From: Oikopleura dioica
Lineage: Eukaryota > Animalia > Chordata
DNA length: 64,000 bases
Assembly (NCBI GenBank): GCA_907165135.1
Contig: OU015569.1
Span: forward strand, 5,518,001 to 5,582,000
Direction of reading: 5' to 3'
The notes below the pieces were generated by a model. That model was not told the origin of the DNA. It searched no databases and saw only the letters and a list, made by a program, of their open reading frames with translations. Each line of letters begins with the position of its first letter. Position 1 is the first letter of the stretch. A program made the position numbers and the translations under genes. This document shows positions 1 through 12,407 of this stretch, one piece after another.

Positions 1-110
1 ATGTAATTGCGTTGATAAAGTCGGAAATCGAAGAGGAACTAAACAGAACGAAAAAGAATGTGACGAATACGAAGGGAGGCGAACTATTACTGAAGAGTGG
101 TGTATTCTGA
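1..110 (+). CDS. 3' end of an upstream gene (partial, unknown product)
   Basis: Open frame ...IKSEIEEELNRTKKNVTNTKGGELLLKSGVF ending at TGA 108-110; no motif recognised. Confidence 0.35.
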   Translation, partial: VIALIKSEIEEELNRTKKNVTNTKGGELLLKSGVF

Positions 111-212
111 AAAGTGTATTCCATCTGTAATTAATCTTGTTCCGCCGATTCTAGAACGCCTACTTATTTTCTTTCTTTTCAGAACTAAACATCGCATTAT
201 TTGTCCAAGATA

Positions 213-1111
213 ATGGAGTCGCCACCGGGATGCACCTCTTCAGAGGAGGAAAAGAAGCCACAAATACTCAGTGAATCGAGCGACTTATTAACGCCGGATC
301 AGAAAAAATCGCGGAAAAGACGAAAGAGAACGCGTAATCGGAATCGGCCAGGCACGAGAAATGTCTCATTTGACGAAGAGGGTAAAAACCACTCCCTAGC
401 TTCCCTCTTTTATTATTTTGTTCAGTGACTGGTGTGTCTTCGCCATTCATCCCACACTCAAAAGTCGAAAAACGAGCTTACCGCGCAGAGTGCATCAATA
501 GACCTAGAATACCTGCACCCGCAAACACTGGTGAGTCGTGAATTTAAGTCATTTTTGTGAATACGCGTGTTTAGGTTCCTTTATTGCTGATAATAACTCT
601 TCCGATGGGGAATCAGAGCTCAAAGAGGTGGGAATCAATGAAGATTTCGACCGTGACTACCACTCGAGGCTCAATGACGAAATCCAAGGCGAACGAGAAA
701 GGTATGCTTCCCTGCGTCTTAAATTGCTCAAAACCTTAAACTTTTACTTTCGCACTTTTATGATAACGCCCGAAAGAGGTTAGACTAACACTTAATCTCA
801 GGTCAACACACGAAGAAAACGTGGCGAAGAGGCAAGACCAGCTGAAGGGACGACTGGAGTCGGCTAATTTAGAAATCGCGAGACTAAAAGAGAACGAGTT
901 TAAGCTCGAGAACGAAAACGAAACCCTCCGCTCGAGAGTAAACGAACTCGAAGGCGAAGTGGCCAAGTTGAGAAAAATGAACAGAAATTACGTCTCCAGG
1001 CAGCGATCTCAAAGGTGACTCTAGCTCTTAGAAATCATCATTAATCCAGTTTCTAGCGAAAGCGGAGAGTCCGGTTACACTGGTGGAGCGATCAACGGAG
1101 GGATCATCTAA
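213..1111 (+). CDS. HEXIM: HEXIM-like P-TEFb inhibitor (multi-exon)
   Basis: Spliced translation has a basic tract (KKSRKRRKRTRNRNR), then KRAYRAEC..IPAPANTGSFIAD, which aligns with HEXIM RASRIRAEM..VAPYNTTQFLMD, an acidic EDFDRDY segment and a C-terminal coiled coil. GT-AG introns at 382-425 and from 531. Confidence 0.65.
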
Positions 1112-1326
1112 TGATGCGACTCGAGAAAAGCTCGATTCGTACACTCACTACAGTTATATTTTACTATTCTTTCTTTTGGCCGCGACGGACCTTACTGCAA
1201 TCATCCATTCTCATTCAAGTTTAACTTTACTAAATGCTGTTTTAGTAACTGCCTTTCTTTCTAAATCAAGCAGATGCAAATTCAATACTTTTCTTTTCAA
1301 CTTTTCTATTTTCAGATCTTTCCAAA

Positions 1327-1822
1327 ATGCCGGAGACAAAGAAACCCGAGGTCAAGCGCGAGGAATACCGAAAATACCTCGGTAAGTCTAAAAAAAATAT
1401 TTTATCAAGTTAATGATTAATGCCATTTATTAGACAGCGCAGGAATTCTAGACGAACTCACCAAATTCCTCGTCACGCTCTACGAAGAGCCAGACAAACC
1501 ACAGGATGCCGTTGCCTACATGAAAAAGCTTCTCTGTGGAGGTGAGTCCTCCTTGATTTCTACTTGGGACTTACTTAAATTTGAGGTGAACCTGATGCGG
1601 CTGAGGTTGAAAACATGAAAAGCGAAATCGAGCAGCTCAAGGCTCAAGTAGAGGAACTAACTAAACGAGCAGAAGCTGCTGAGGCGAAAATCCTGGCGGC
1701 CACGCCAGCGGAGGCTGAGCCTTCAGCCCCAGAAGGTGAAGGTAAGCACGACACTAGTTTAACTCTTACTTCACATTTGAGGGAAAGAAGCGAAGCCCGA
1801 TGCGGAAGAGAAGAAAGAATAG
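1327..1822 (+). CDS. MYCBP: c-Myc-binding protein (AMY-1)
   Basis: Spliced MPETKKPEVKREEYRKYLDSAGILDELTKFLVTLYEEPDKPQDAVAYMKK matches the MYCBP core (KREQFRRYLEKSGVLDTLTKVLVALYEEPEKP), followed by a coiled coil. A ttttcag acceptor lies just upstream of the ATG. Confidence 0.9.
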
Positions 1823-2217
1823 ACCTCTCGTGCCAGTATGAAAAATTTTGAACTGAAAAATGACTCGAAAACACCAATATCGCTCTATTCCTGAAAAATG
1901 CTTTATCCGCTTTATATTATTAATAATTAACGTTTTCGTTCCATCAAAGAATTTTTCTCAAGCCCTACTTTCGAAATATTCAAATTAAACATCCAAAATA
2001 TATATTTTTTATATAAAATATACGTTCAATCGGAATCAGTCTGTGGCGGATACTTATGCATCTCTACAGAATGATTACTATTGTAGCTTTTTATATGTTT
2101 TAAAAGGTTTTGCAATATGAAGAAAGTGTGCAACGCGCCGAATCTATGAAAATCGGAGGATTGTACTCTATTTTTTCTTCAAGAAAGTCTCAACTGATGT
2201 TTCAACTAAACTTTGAA

Positions 2218-2700
2218 TTACATTTTGCTTGTCCTTGTAAGTGTGAAAATTTTCTCCCTAATTCGCAAGTGTACCACCTCATCAACTGGTGATAAGCGAT
2301 CTCGGCGTCCTGGTGCGCCTTTATCATTGACTCATAACTTCTGTATCTTTTTTCACGCTTTGGATTGATTGTGTTATCAGGGTAGAGGGTGAACTGTTCA
2401 CCCGTCGTTGAAAAATTTTGAAGCTTTCTGTTGATAATTTGCAACCTGTCCTGTTTGCGATGACATCATCATGTAGCTTGCACATTTCTTATTGCAAATA
2501 AACTTTTTGTTTCGCTTCATTTGTTGCGTTGCTTCTCATATTTACTCCAAACGCGGCTTCAAACGAATTTCCAAGAGCTCTTTGACGAGAGGTGCTCGTT
2601 TTGAACCCGCCTCCAAGAATAATTCACTCCTTCTCGGCTTATTTTCGGCTTTAGCTTGACTGGTTGCTTCTATTATTCGGAAATTAAAACGAAAAGAGCA
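2218..2700 (-). CDS. possible spliced gene of unknown function
   Basis: Exon-like frame DRLQIINRKLQ...AHQDAEIAYHQLMR splices GT-AG to TSKM-stop; upstream exons could not be joined with confidence. Confidence 0.25.
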
Positions 2701-4889
2701 AAATTTTTTTTCTGAATTGAAAATTTTAACCTTGGAAAGAAGATTCTTCGATTTTCTGAGAAGGGGGATTCTTAACGATTCACAGCTTGAGAATTATGCG
2801 CCCCGTGGGTTGAAGCATGAGCCCGATAAATGGTATTTTCATTGACCCGGAAAGGCATCTCAAACGAGCACAATTTCACCCGTTGACCCTAATCACGACA
2901 ACAATTGAGGTCAGGTATGATTTTATGATTATATCTATTTGCGACACTCATCACTGTTGATTTATTTTCCAAAGATGATGAGAAATGATTAAGTTTTTGG
3001 TGGATTTCTGAAGACGTAAATTATCGCGAATGGGGTCGTTCGTAAAAGAATGCGAATCAACCGCAAATAAGACCTGGCCGGCGTGTTTACCCTAACACGG
3101 CGCGTAGCTATTTCCCCTCCAGGTTAATTTACACTTGCTAGAGAAGACTTCCTCCACCTGAACCGAGAAACATAGCATTCTCCTCTTTGATTTCAAACCG
3201 TCGCCTCAAGTGTTCTTTTCATTTCTTTCTTATTTTTTAATAAGATTTGAGTCATTGTCTGTTAGAGACAGAACTTGTCTTGCTTTACACAATGGTTGCT
3301 ACTGTCAGAGCGTGAAGAGCGTCGAGTCAATCGTCCGATTTCTTTGTCAGATTTGACAATTTCGAAGCTACTCGCGTGCCCCTTTTTTATTGCTTGTCTT
3401 ATCAAAACAAAACGAGCAAAGAGAATTATGAGCGTGAAAGGACTCTCAGTCTTTACAACATTTAGAGCACAAAAAAGAAGACTATTGATTTGTTCATTTG
3501 GGAACTCAAATGTTAAAATGGAAAAATCAATTTTAATTTAGGGTCTTTTTTGAATTCTTTTTAAGAGTTTTCATTAGTGGCTTGAATATGATAAATCTCG
3601 CAGTATGACTAGTCGAGCATTCCGCAAATTAATACCGCTAGCTTTGTTTTTGCCTGAAATCATTCCCATGCGGTCACATAATTTCGCGAATATGTGGCAT
3701 TAGTAAAAAATAATCAGCGGATGATTAGCACGATCGTTAAATCGGATTCTAAATGAAAAATGTCTATTTTTTTTGCTCTTCAAATATATTCTCAATTTAC
3801 AAACAATTTCCATTTATGATATTTTTGTATGTTCTGTCATCTTATACATTTTGATTAGTTATGCATGACATGGGTTGTCAGTTGCTTGTCACCGGATTGT
3901 TCAACTTCCAAGAGCTTAATTTTGATGGAGTCCAAGTTTGAACAAGTGGGTTATTTTTTACGCGATGTTGATCGATGGCTGAGCCCATTATAGTATCCTG
4001 GGTTTGACGAATCGTTGCCCCCACGGGCAAATTTTTCCAGTTGACTCAATTGCTGCCGGGTGACTCAATTGACCATTCATAGTGGTGGCGCTGCGGGCTC
4101 ATCCCAAAATCGGTTTTTGGCGCAAAACGCGCGGCAAAAAAAATACTCGGCGGCTTTTCTCCAATTTTTCGTTTTTAGACAGAAAGAGCGCTAGAAATCG
4201 GTACTCCGAAGAAATCAGAAGGTGAAGACTTGAAAGCGCAAGAAGAAAGATATAAAAACTAACAGAGACTGATCCAGCTATGAAGAAAGAACTTTGAAAG
4301 AAAACGGAAATATCACGAGAAAATGGTTGATTTCGCCCCAATAGCGCAATGGTTGGCAAATTTTGGCTCCAGCATTCCGGCAAGGATCCCAAAACAAAAT
4401 AAAATATTTGAATAGGAATCAAAAATCGACCGTTTTTCGACTTCGAAAAGAAAAGATGATTGAATCGTCAAATTTTGCACTCTCATTTCATTTTATTGTT
4501 CCCCGCACAGGGAGCTAGACAGGGGGTCCAAGGTCATGAAATTACCGAGGCCAGATTTCACGCCAGCTGCCCGTGTAAATTTTTATTTCCGCAGCGACAT
4601 ATGCGCTACTGGAGTAATTCTCCGTTTTTGTCTCGGAATTCTTCTATCTAAAAAGATGAAATTATCTTCAACGCAACTACTCATAGTCCTCGTAAATTTA
4701 AATTGGGTATTTATACTAAACGCAAGTTTAGTATTTTTCAAAGCGCAGAGGACTGGCACCTTGCCAATTGAAGTTATTTTACCCGTCACAACTTCCTTCG
4801 GCGTCCACTTAACTGGCCAGTGATATGAATTAATAATGAAAAGGCGTGCCCCTTGGAATAAATTGTTCTTTTGAGAAGCAATCGATAGA

Positions 4890-6860
4890 GCACTTTCCGA
4901 AGAAAGGTTCTTTCAAATTTTGATCCGAACAAAAAGCACATCACGTTCAATATGGAATCGCTGCCGCTACCTCAGCCCTTCCAGCCAGATCTGCCCCAAT
5001 ACCAGGAGTCGATGATTTTCTTGGCCGTTTTGCCATTTATTTATCTCATCTTCGTCATGGTCGTGTTGATGATCTTCTACTGCTGTGTAGACTTTACTAC
5101 CTCGCGCGAAGGAAACGAGAAAAAATCCTGTTGTAATTGGAGCGCTTCCTTCTATACCATAAGCCGTAAGTAGCCTAAACTCGCGTTTCCTTTTCAAATT
5201 TTAACAGCGTAAAAGATGTTTTTGTATTTGACTCCAGCTCAACCTTTCTTTAGAAGTTATTCTCCTTATCGCGTCTTTCTTTGCGCTAAGCGGTGTCATC
5301 ATGATTTGCTTTCCATCGATCGAGAACATCAACAAGTCGGCCGAAAAGTTCATTCCAGAAATGAAGGACACGAATCTTATTCCAAAGACCATCGCCAGCA
5401 TTAACAGTCAGCTAGAGGCGAAGAGCGAGGAGATCGATTCCATCTCGGCCAAAAACGACGACTTTCGAAGTGCCGTCGATGCCTTGGAAGCTCAGCTGAA
5501 TAAGGACACTCTCATGTAAGTGCGCTTTCAATTCTGATCAACACATAATTCTATTTTCGAGTGATTCACATGACCATTTTTAGGATTGAAAATTTCCTCT
5601 CAACAAATGCGCTCGAGACGACAAAGACCGTGACGACAATCACGCTCTGGACATCAGTGGGATTATTTTCCTTGTTTGCCCTTGTAGCGATTTTGTCCAA
5701 GACTGGCGTATGTCTCAAATCCAAGGCGAGTACTTTATTCTCCCATCCATAATCGAAACACGCGCTTTTAGAATATGCTCATTGGCGTCACATGTGTTTC
5801 CTTCTTTGCAATGGTGCTCTGCTATCTCTCGCTTACTGTGCAACTGCCCGTCGCCGTGGCCGTTTCTGATTACTGCAGAAATCCAAAAGAATCCAAGGAT
5901 TCTATCGTCAAAATGCCCGGTAATTTACTCATCCCTTTAACAAGTCATATTGACTTAAACTAGACTGTGAAAGCGACGAGCAGCTAGACACGCTCAATAG
6001 TGCCCTAGAGAACTTGCAAACAATTCACTCGGGTCTTTCCAACCATCCGAATATTAATACCGACACGACTCTGACAGAATTACGGTAATTACAGTATAAA
6101 TTGGGCCCGCTCTATGTTTTTTTTGTCAGGAATGGAGTAAAACTTATCATCGACTTTGGCGAATCGGTGAAAACGATGCTAAATTGCGAAATGGTCGAAA
6201 GCGAGTACGCCAAAATAACTGGTAAAGCCAAAAAGCGAAAGAATAAACCAGTCAATGTTTTTTCAGAAGCGATTTGCACGGACTCACGCACGCCATTCAT
6301 CGTCGGCTGGTGGGCTATCCTCGCTTCCTCCTTTCTCGTCTCGTTATTCATCGTTACGGCGCTGCTCATTGCACCTTGCGCCTGGCGCAACTACGACCCG
6401 CACAATGACTACGGTGAAAGGTAGACTTCAATTACAATCGAGAATGAATCAGCAAACTTTTCTTTCAACAATTATTTCTAGTGGCTACGACAAAGGAGGG
6501 GACGAATTTCTGCCGCTCAATCGACCTTCTCACTTCCAACAGCCTTCTTATCCTCCGGTAGTTTCGCGAGTGAAGCAACGGGCATTAAATTTAAATGTTT
6601 AGGCACGTCAAGATGGGCATCTAACTCTGCCCAGCTATCTCTGCCATTCGAGTGACGATCTCATTCTCGATCGTCCGCCTAATGTAAGTAGCAGCTCATC
6701 CGTACGGTTTTCTGGTGATTCTATTTTGTAGATTAAAAGTGGCGCTGGCAATAATTTTAAAAATGAGAACAAACGTAGCCTGCTCTTGAGCACGGACTCG
6801 TTCGTCATTGAAGGCTTTTTTCCATCGAGTTCTATAAGAAGCAGCGAAACGGCTGTCTGA
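4890..6860 (+). CDS. TTYH: Tweety family membrane protein (5' end uncertain)
   Basis: FQPDLPQYQES+TM, QLPVAVAVSDYCRNP (TTYH AVGLSDFCSNP), LNCE..EAICTDS..TM..APCAWR (LHC..LCEDA..LPRAWA); five TM-like segments across the exons; stop TGA 6858-6860. Confidence 0.8.
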
Positions 6861-7975
6861 ATTTTTATTCATTTTGGTAAAAGATCCAAATACTAAAAAA
6901 CGTACTAAAACATAATCAAAAAATAACTAAACGAATCCAAAAACGAAAATTTAAGCGCATTGACTCTGAAAAGACTTACGTTGAATTGGGCACACCGAGG
7001 GATCCGATGAGCCCGCTCACGCCGACGGGTGCCCAGACTAATTCCTTCAAATATTAATGGACCCATAAAACACGTCTCATCAATTATGGTAAACAATACG
7101 TTATGGAAGTTATTGCTCGAATCAATTCTTGCACGATAATCTATCTTCTTGATATGCGCTTGTTTTTTTGCACTCTTGTGGATAATGACGAGGCAAACTT
7201 GTTGTTCCCAAAATTTTGCCGTGATTAATAGTCCACTTCGCTTTTCCAATGCTAATACCGTTTTCAGTACGCATCGTTTTCTTGAAGCTGCCAAACAAAA
7301 ACAACAACGACTGATGAAGTACCGCTCGCCAGTAAAATTCCAGTTCAATCCAATTTACAAAAACACTTGCAAATATTTTGTACAGAAAAAGAAGAACTCT
7401 ACTTGCAAAGAGCAACGACACTAGAATTAAGTTTATGCAACTAATGTAAAGTTCACTCATTCGTTTCTTTCTTGACCAGTTTGTGTGAGGGAAAGGAAGC
7501 ACGACCAAGGAAGAATGGTTGTTATGTTTCCTTCCATCTCTGCCCAGAAGGTTACAGTTGCTCATAAATCGCTTTGAATTTGCAACTGAAAGATCCCTAA
7601 ACGTCCCTCCGAAAGATCCCCTCATCCGACTATTGCTCATCCGGTTCCAAATTCTAATCCGAAACGTTCCCCTCTCATTGTGCCCAAACTAATTGACTCT
7701 CCATTTCTCTCTCTCATTCCCTATTCAAAACTCGCTCAAGAATATTTATGAATATACTCTTTGTTTGACGAAAACCCCTCTTCATCGCATATTGTCAAAA
7801 ACATTCAATCCGAAAAAATAATGTCGAATTTGTTTAAATATATTGTTCCTACCTCTCATGATTTCTATTTTCTCTTTCTTGCAGGTCAATCACGAAATAT
7901 AAATTATGTTCGCTAAATCAAACAAGATTCTCGATTACTCCTAAATGCATGTGTTGTTTTAAGAAAACTCCAATC

Positions 7976-10205
7976 ATGCCACCGAAAAAGGGAGGAGGAG
8001 CGAGTAAAAAGACCGAGGCGAAAAAGAAGGAGAAACTTATCGAGGATAAGACCTTTGGTTTGAAAAATAAAAAGGGAGCCAAACAGCAAAAATTCATTGA
8101 TCAAGTCGAGAAGCAGGTCAAAACGGGCGGAAAGGTGAACTCATGGGCTCAGGATCAGGAAAGAAAGAAAGGAAAGGGGTTTCAACTTTTGTAGGGAATG
8201 GCACATCTTCCCTTTATTTATATATTTTCGACCAAGGCTTCTGAAAGTAAACCCCTGATAGCTCAAGAAAGGAAGAAAGCAAAGGAGGCAGAACTTTTGG
8301 AGCTTGAGAAACTGTTCGGAAAGGCTATCCCCGCCAAGAAGGGAGGTGCTACGATGATGACCAAAAAGGCAAAGTCGATCCAAAGGAGAAGGCAAAGAAA
8401 GCTGATCTGCACGTCGATCGACGAGATGAAGAGAAGAACAAAACGATGGAAGGATGGACCGAAGAAGAACTGCGCGCGGCGATCGAGAAGAAACACGGCA
8501 AATCTAATAAGAACGCCGCGACGACGACGGACAAGATCTGCAATCATTTCTTGCAAGCTGTCGAAGACAACAAGTAAGCTCACTGATATGTGTTCCGTTC
8601 GCTAGTTTTCTTCCAGATATGGTTGGTTTTGGGACTGTCCTAACGGCGATAAATGTAAATACCGACATTGTCTCCCAGAAGGTTACGTTCTCAAAAAGGA
8701 TCTAAAGAAGATGAAAGACGCCGAAAAAGAAAATCAGATCTCACTTGAAGATTTGGTAATCAAAAAATATTCCGGCTATATACAAACACTATTCAATAAA
8801 CAATGTTTATAAAACATCAATGCGGACCAGGAAGCTGATTTTGTGATCTAGATTGAGAGAGAAAGAGCAGCTCTCGGTCCTGGCACGAAGATCACCTGGG
8901 AGACTTTCTCTGTCTGGAAAAAGAAGAAGAAGGAAGAGAAAAAGAAGGCATTGGAGAAGGAGAACAAAAAGAAGAAAGGAAAGGCCAAGAGTGGACAGAC
9001 TACTGGACTTACTGGTAATATTCTTGAACTTTTAGTGAAAAAGAAAATCTTAAGGCCGAGAATTGTTCACCTTCAATGCTAACATGGGCGGCGACGATGA
9101 TGAAGCTGAAGACATCGAGTTCGAGAAAGAGGTTGCTATTTGAAGTTCTTTGTCTTTTATTAAAAATGCGATAGGAAGACGATCCCGAGGAAAAAGTGTT
9201 CGAAGTCGGAGCCAATACCTTTGAACTTGGCGCTTCGGAAACGCTCCTCAGATCGAAAGGGGCTGTTCCGACGTCAGCGGAGAACCGGTATTGCTGGGGC
9301 GGCGACAGTGCCAATAAGGTTGTAGTAGTTCAAGAAGGAACAAGCGAAACGACAACGCCGGCAGAGAAACCCGCAGAGCCTGTAAGTCGAGAAAAATATG
9401 TGAATGCGTGTGTCCGCAAAAATAATATTTCTATTGATCGATTGATGATTTCAAAAAACTTTTTGTGCGGCCGGAAATCGTAAAAAAACTGCAAGTGCAG
9501 TTTTCTTCAGCTCTTCAAGACGAATCGAATGATGGGTCTAACTCCTGATAACTCTAAGGATTTACCGGTTTACCGGCTGGTTACCGGAAAATACGTTGTC
9601 AGCGGCCGTTTTTGTTCTAGAAGTGATAGACTAATGTTTGACACCGGAAATTGTTCCTTATAGTCAGTTCTCCTGCAGCCTAAAAGATGAAGATTGTATC
9701 AAATCTCTGAAGAGAGTTATCACTAAAATACTATTTTTGGCGAAAATGGGACTAGAAATTAGGAACGTGCAGCAACAACAAAATTTTAGTAAAAATTACT
9801 GTTTTTAGTGATAACTCTCTTCAGAGAATTGATACAATCTTCATCTTTTAGGCTGCAGGAGAACTGACTATAAGGAACAATTTCCGGTGTCAAACATTAG
9901 TCTATCACTTCTAGAACAAAAACGGCCGCTGACAACGTATTTTCCGGTAACCAGCCGGTAAACCGGTAAATCCTTAGAGTTATCAGGAGTTAGACCCATC
10001 ATTCGACTCGTCTTGACGAGCTGAAGAAAACTGCACTTGCAGTTTTTTTACGATTTCCGGCCCCACAAAAAGTTTTTTGAAATCATCATTATGAATGTTT
10101 AAGGCGCCTCCCGCTGTTGAGGTCGATGAAGACCTATTCGGCGAAGACCTCGGCGATATCGATGCAGAACTCGGCGACCTCGGACTGGAAGAAAGCGCAA
10201 GTTGA
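7976..10205 (+). CDS. ZC3H15: ZC3H15/DFRP1 (DRG1 partner)
   Basis: [40 protein letters not shown], then [31 protein letters not shown] and [16 protein letters not shown] frame discontinuity lies near 8350 (see findings). Confidence 0.92.
9443..10088. mobile_element. fold-back MITE-like element, copy 1 (inside ZC3H15 intron 9382-10103)
   Basis: Arms of about 285 bp are near-perfect reverse complements (TGATGATTTCAAAAAAC...GTTTTTTGAAATCATCA) around a ~80 bp spacer; no ORF. Confidence 0.85.
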
Positions 10206-10413
10206 GAGTAACACTCTTTTATTTATTTCATCCTATCTGTGCTGATCAAAGTTAACTAAAATACTGCGCTTTTTTCTGTAGGCTAAATTATAAAATCTCT
10301 CCAAACTTCGTAGAAAACTGTGCTTTATCTATTTTTCCTGGTTCCTAGTCTTATTCTTATACGCATTTCTTCCTGAATACGTAGTACCTTCAGTAGATAT
10401 ATTCTGTTATAGA

Positions 10414-12085
10414 ATGGGAAGTGTTACTTTGACAGAAAGAGTGAGGATATTGTCGAAGAGGCCGGAGAATAGAACTTGTGCTGACGTACGTACAAATTGA
10501 ACGCCCAGGCAGTCGCCAACGCAAATGATTATGTGTATCAATACGGGCGGGTTTTTGGTTTCGGAACACCACTTGGGGATTGACCTTTCTTTTGACTTCA
10601 GCGGTGTCAGAGTGAACTGAGGTGGTCCCCAGGAGTGAATGGGTTGTTCGGCCCAGTCGGATAATAGGGAATCGGAATGCATCACACACCATTAGCCCAG
10701 CCGACCCATATTTTTTGCCGGGTATTCTTGCGAATCCCTCATTTATGGTCCTTTAGTGTGAACAACTTGGCCCTACGTATGTAAACTGCACAATTGGATC
10801 ATTTGTGTGTACGACATGTTCGGGCATTCTTCGCGGACTTAACCCGCCTCATCGGATCAAATCAGTCGGTCTTTCCAAGGTAAAATTACCAAAAAAATCT
10901 AGTTATGTTAAATTTTGTAGTTTACTCTCCAAGAAGTCGAATTCATGGAACAATATGGCAATGAAAACGTAGAAGGGAAGTGGATGGGTAAATACGATCA
11001 GCGATGTGGGAAGAAAGTGTCCAAAGATTCACCTTTATACAGAACTTATTTAGAAGATAAATATGAGCGAAAATGTTGGTTTGATGACGCGTTCAAACGC
11101 ACTCCAAAAACGTTTGTTCCTACACTAAAATGATCGTACTTTTTTTTGTAGTGAAAAGGTTGAGGAGAAACAGAGGCCAAAGAATGCTTCTCGGTCCAAC
11201 TCTGGAACATACAGTACATACAGGTAATCGATTACTTGATCTCGATAGTTCTTATGCCTATTTTAAGTCGCGATGCGGACAGTGAAATTCAATTGAATCG
11301 GAATGATTTGTATTCGGCTTCTCTTGGAGGAGACTCTGGCTTCTCAAATGATGATTTCTTCGCCGACTTCGATTCTGTTAACTGGCAAACGATCAATGAT
11401 AAGGTCTGTCATTTTCTGTTACAATGAGAGTAACATATGAATTAAGGAGAGCAACAAGCCATCAGCTAACTGTTCCAACAGTCTGGTCGAGCCATTCCAG
11501 TCCATGTCTTTTTCGAGTGGTGACGACTTTAGAGCGTCGAAAGCAGCACCATCTTTACCAACACCAGTGATCTTCTCCCAACAGTCTTTCTCAGCAAACA
11601 CCATGACTCCTCATTCTACGCAGCCCGTTCAAAATCAAATGTATTCTTCACCAGCGCAAAGAAATCCATTTCTTGATCCCCAGACAACATCTCTCACTAC
11701 TCAAAACCAGACTTTAAGTAGTCAAGAAATTCAACATTTTCATCCCCAAAACGTTTTCGCGTCCCCACATGTCCAACAAACTTTAATGTATCATAATCAG
11801 AGCTCTTCGCCAGCTACAAGCAGTGCTGATCGCTACTCTGCCCTAGCTGACCTCGACGCTTCCGTAAAAGCAGAGGCGATGAACGCTCGCCGAGCAAAGC
11901 TCCAAAAGCAAGTGTCGGTTGGGCAGCAGATCTTCGGCGCTGCTCCTAGCTCTGCGAACCCCTTTCTCAACCCGAAGAGGCAATCGTCTGTCCAGTACTC
12001 GATGCCTAACCAGCCTATCGCCCCTTCATGCATGTTTTCTTCAAATCCCTTTTCTTCAGGGGATCCGACAAATCCATTTCTTTGA
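10414..12085 (+). CDS. AGFG1: ArfGAP with NPF motifs (AGFG1/HRB/drongo family)
   Basis: Spliced NRTCADCEQLGPTYVNCTIGSFVCTTCSGILRGLNPPHRIKS (ArfGAP zinc finger), FTLQEVEFMEQYGNE..EDKYERKCWF; four NPF motifs in the last exon. Confidence 0.9.
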
Positions 12086-12407
12086 TTTAGGATCTCATTG
12101 TTTGTATGCATGAATATGTATATTTGTTGAAAGTTTGTTCATAAACTGTATCATCCTGTTCATAATTCTGGTTTTATCTACTTCTGATTTCACCGTGCAC
12201 AGACCTACTTCTCTCAAGAATAATCTTCAATGCTGTTTCTACCTTCAACCAGTTTTTGTTCTCGTTATTTTAAGCCTATTTCATTATCGTATGAGCTGGA
12301 AAGGCATTTTCGTGCAGCTCGCAAACTTCATGTTTCATTTTCAAAACGAAACACTTTTCAATGAGTCTTCATATTAATCCGATATTCACTACTATTCAAC
12401 TACTAGA

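Noticed and set aside
8172-8261. GA-AG intron in ZC3H15
   Set aside because: A canonical GT-AG alternative (8135-8236) also keeps the frame, so this is not good evidence.
9441-10092. Target-site duplication for the fold-back MITE family
   Set aside because: Copy 1 suggests ATT and copy 2 suggests TGAA or GA depending on the boundary chosen; inconsistent, so no superfamily is assigned.
10390-10692. Minus-strand ORFs overlapping AGFG1 exon 1 and intron 1
   Set aside because: They overlap a well-supported coding exon, show no recognisable motif and have no supporting splice structure.
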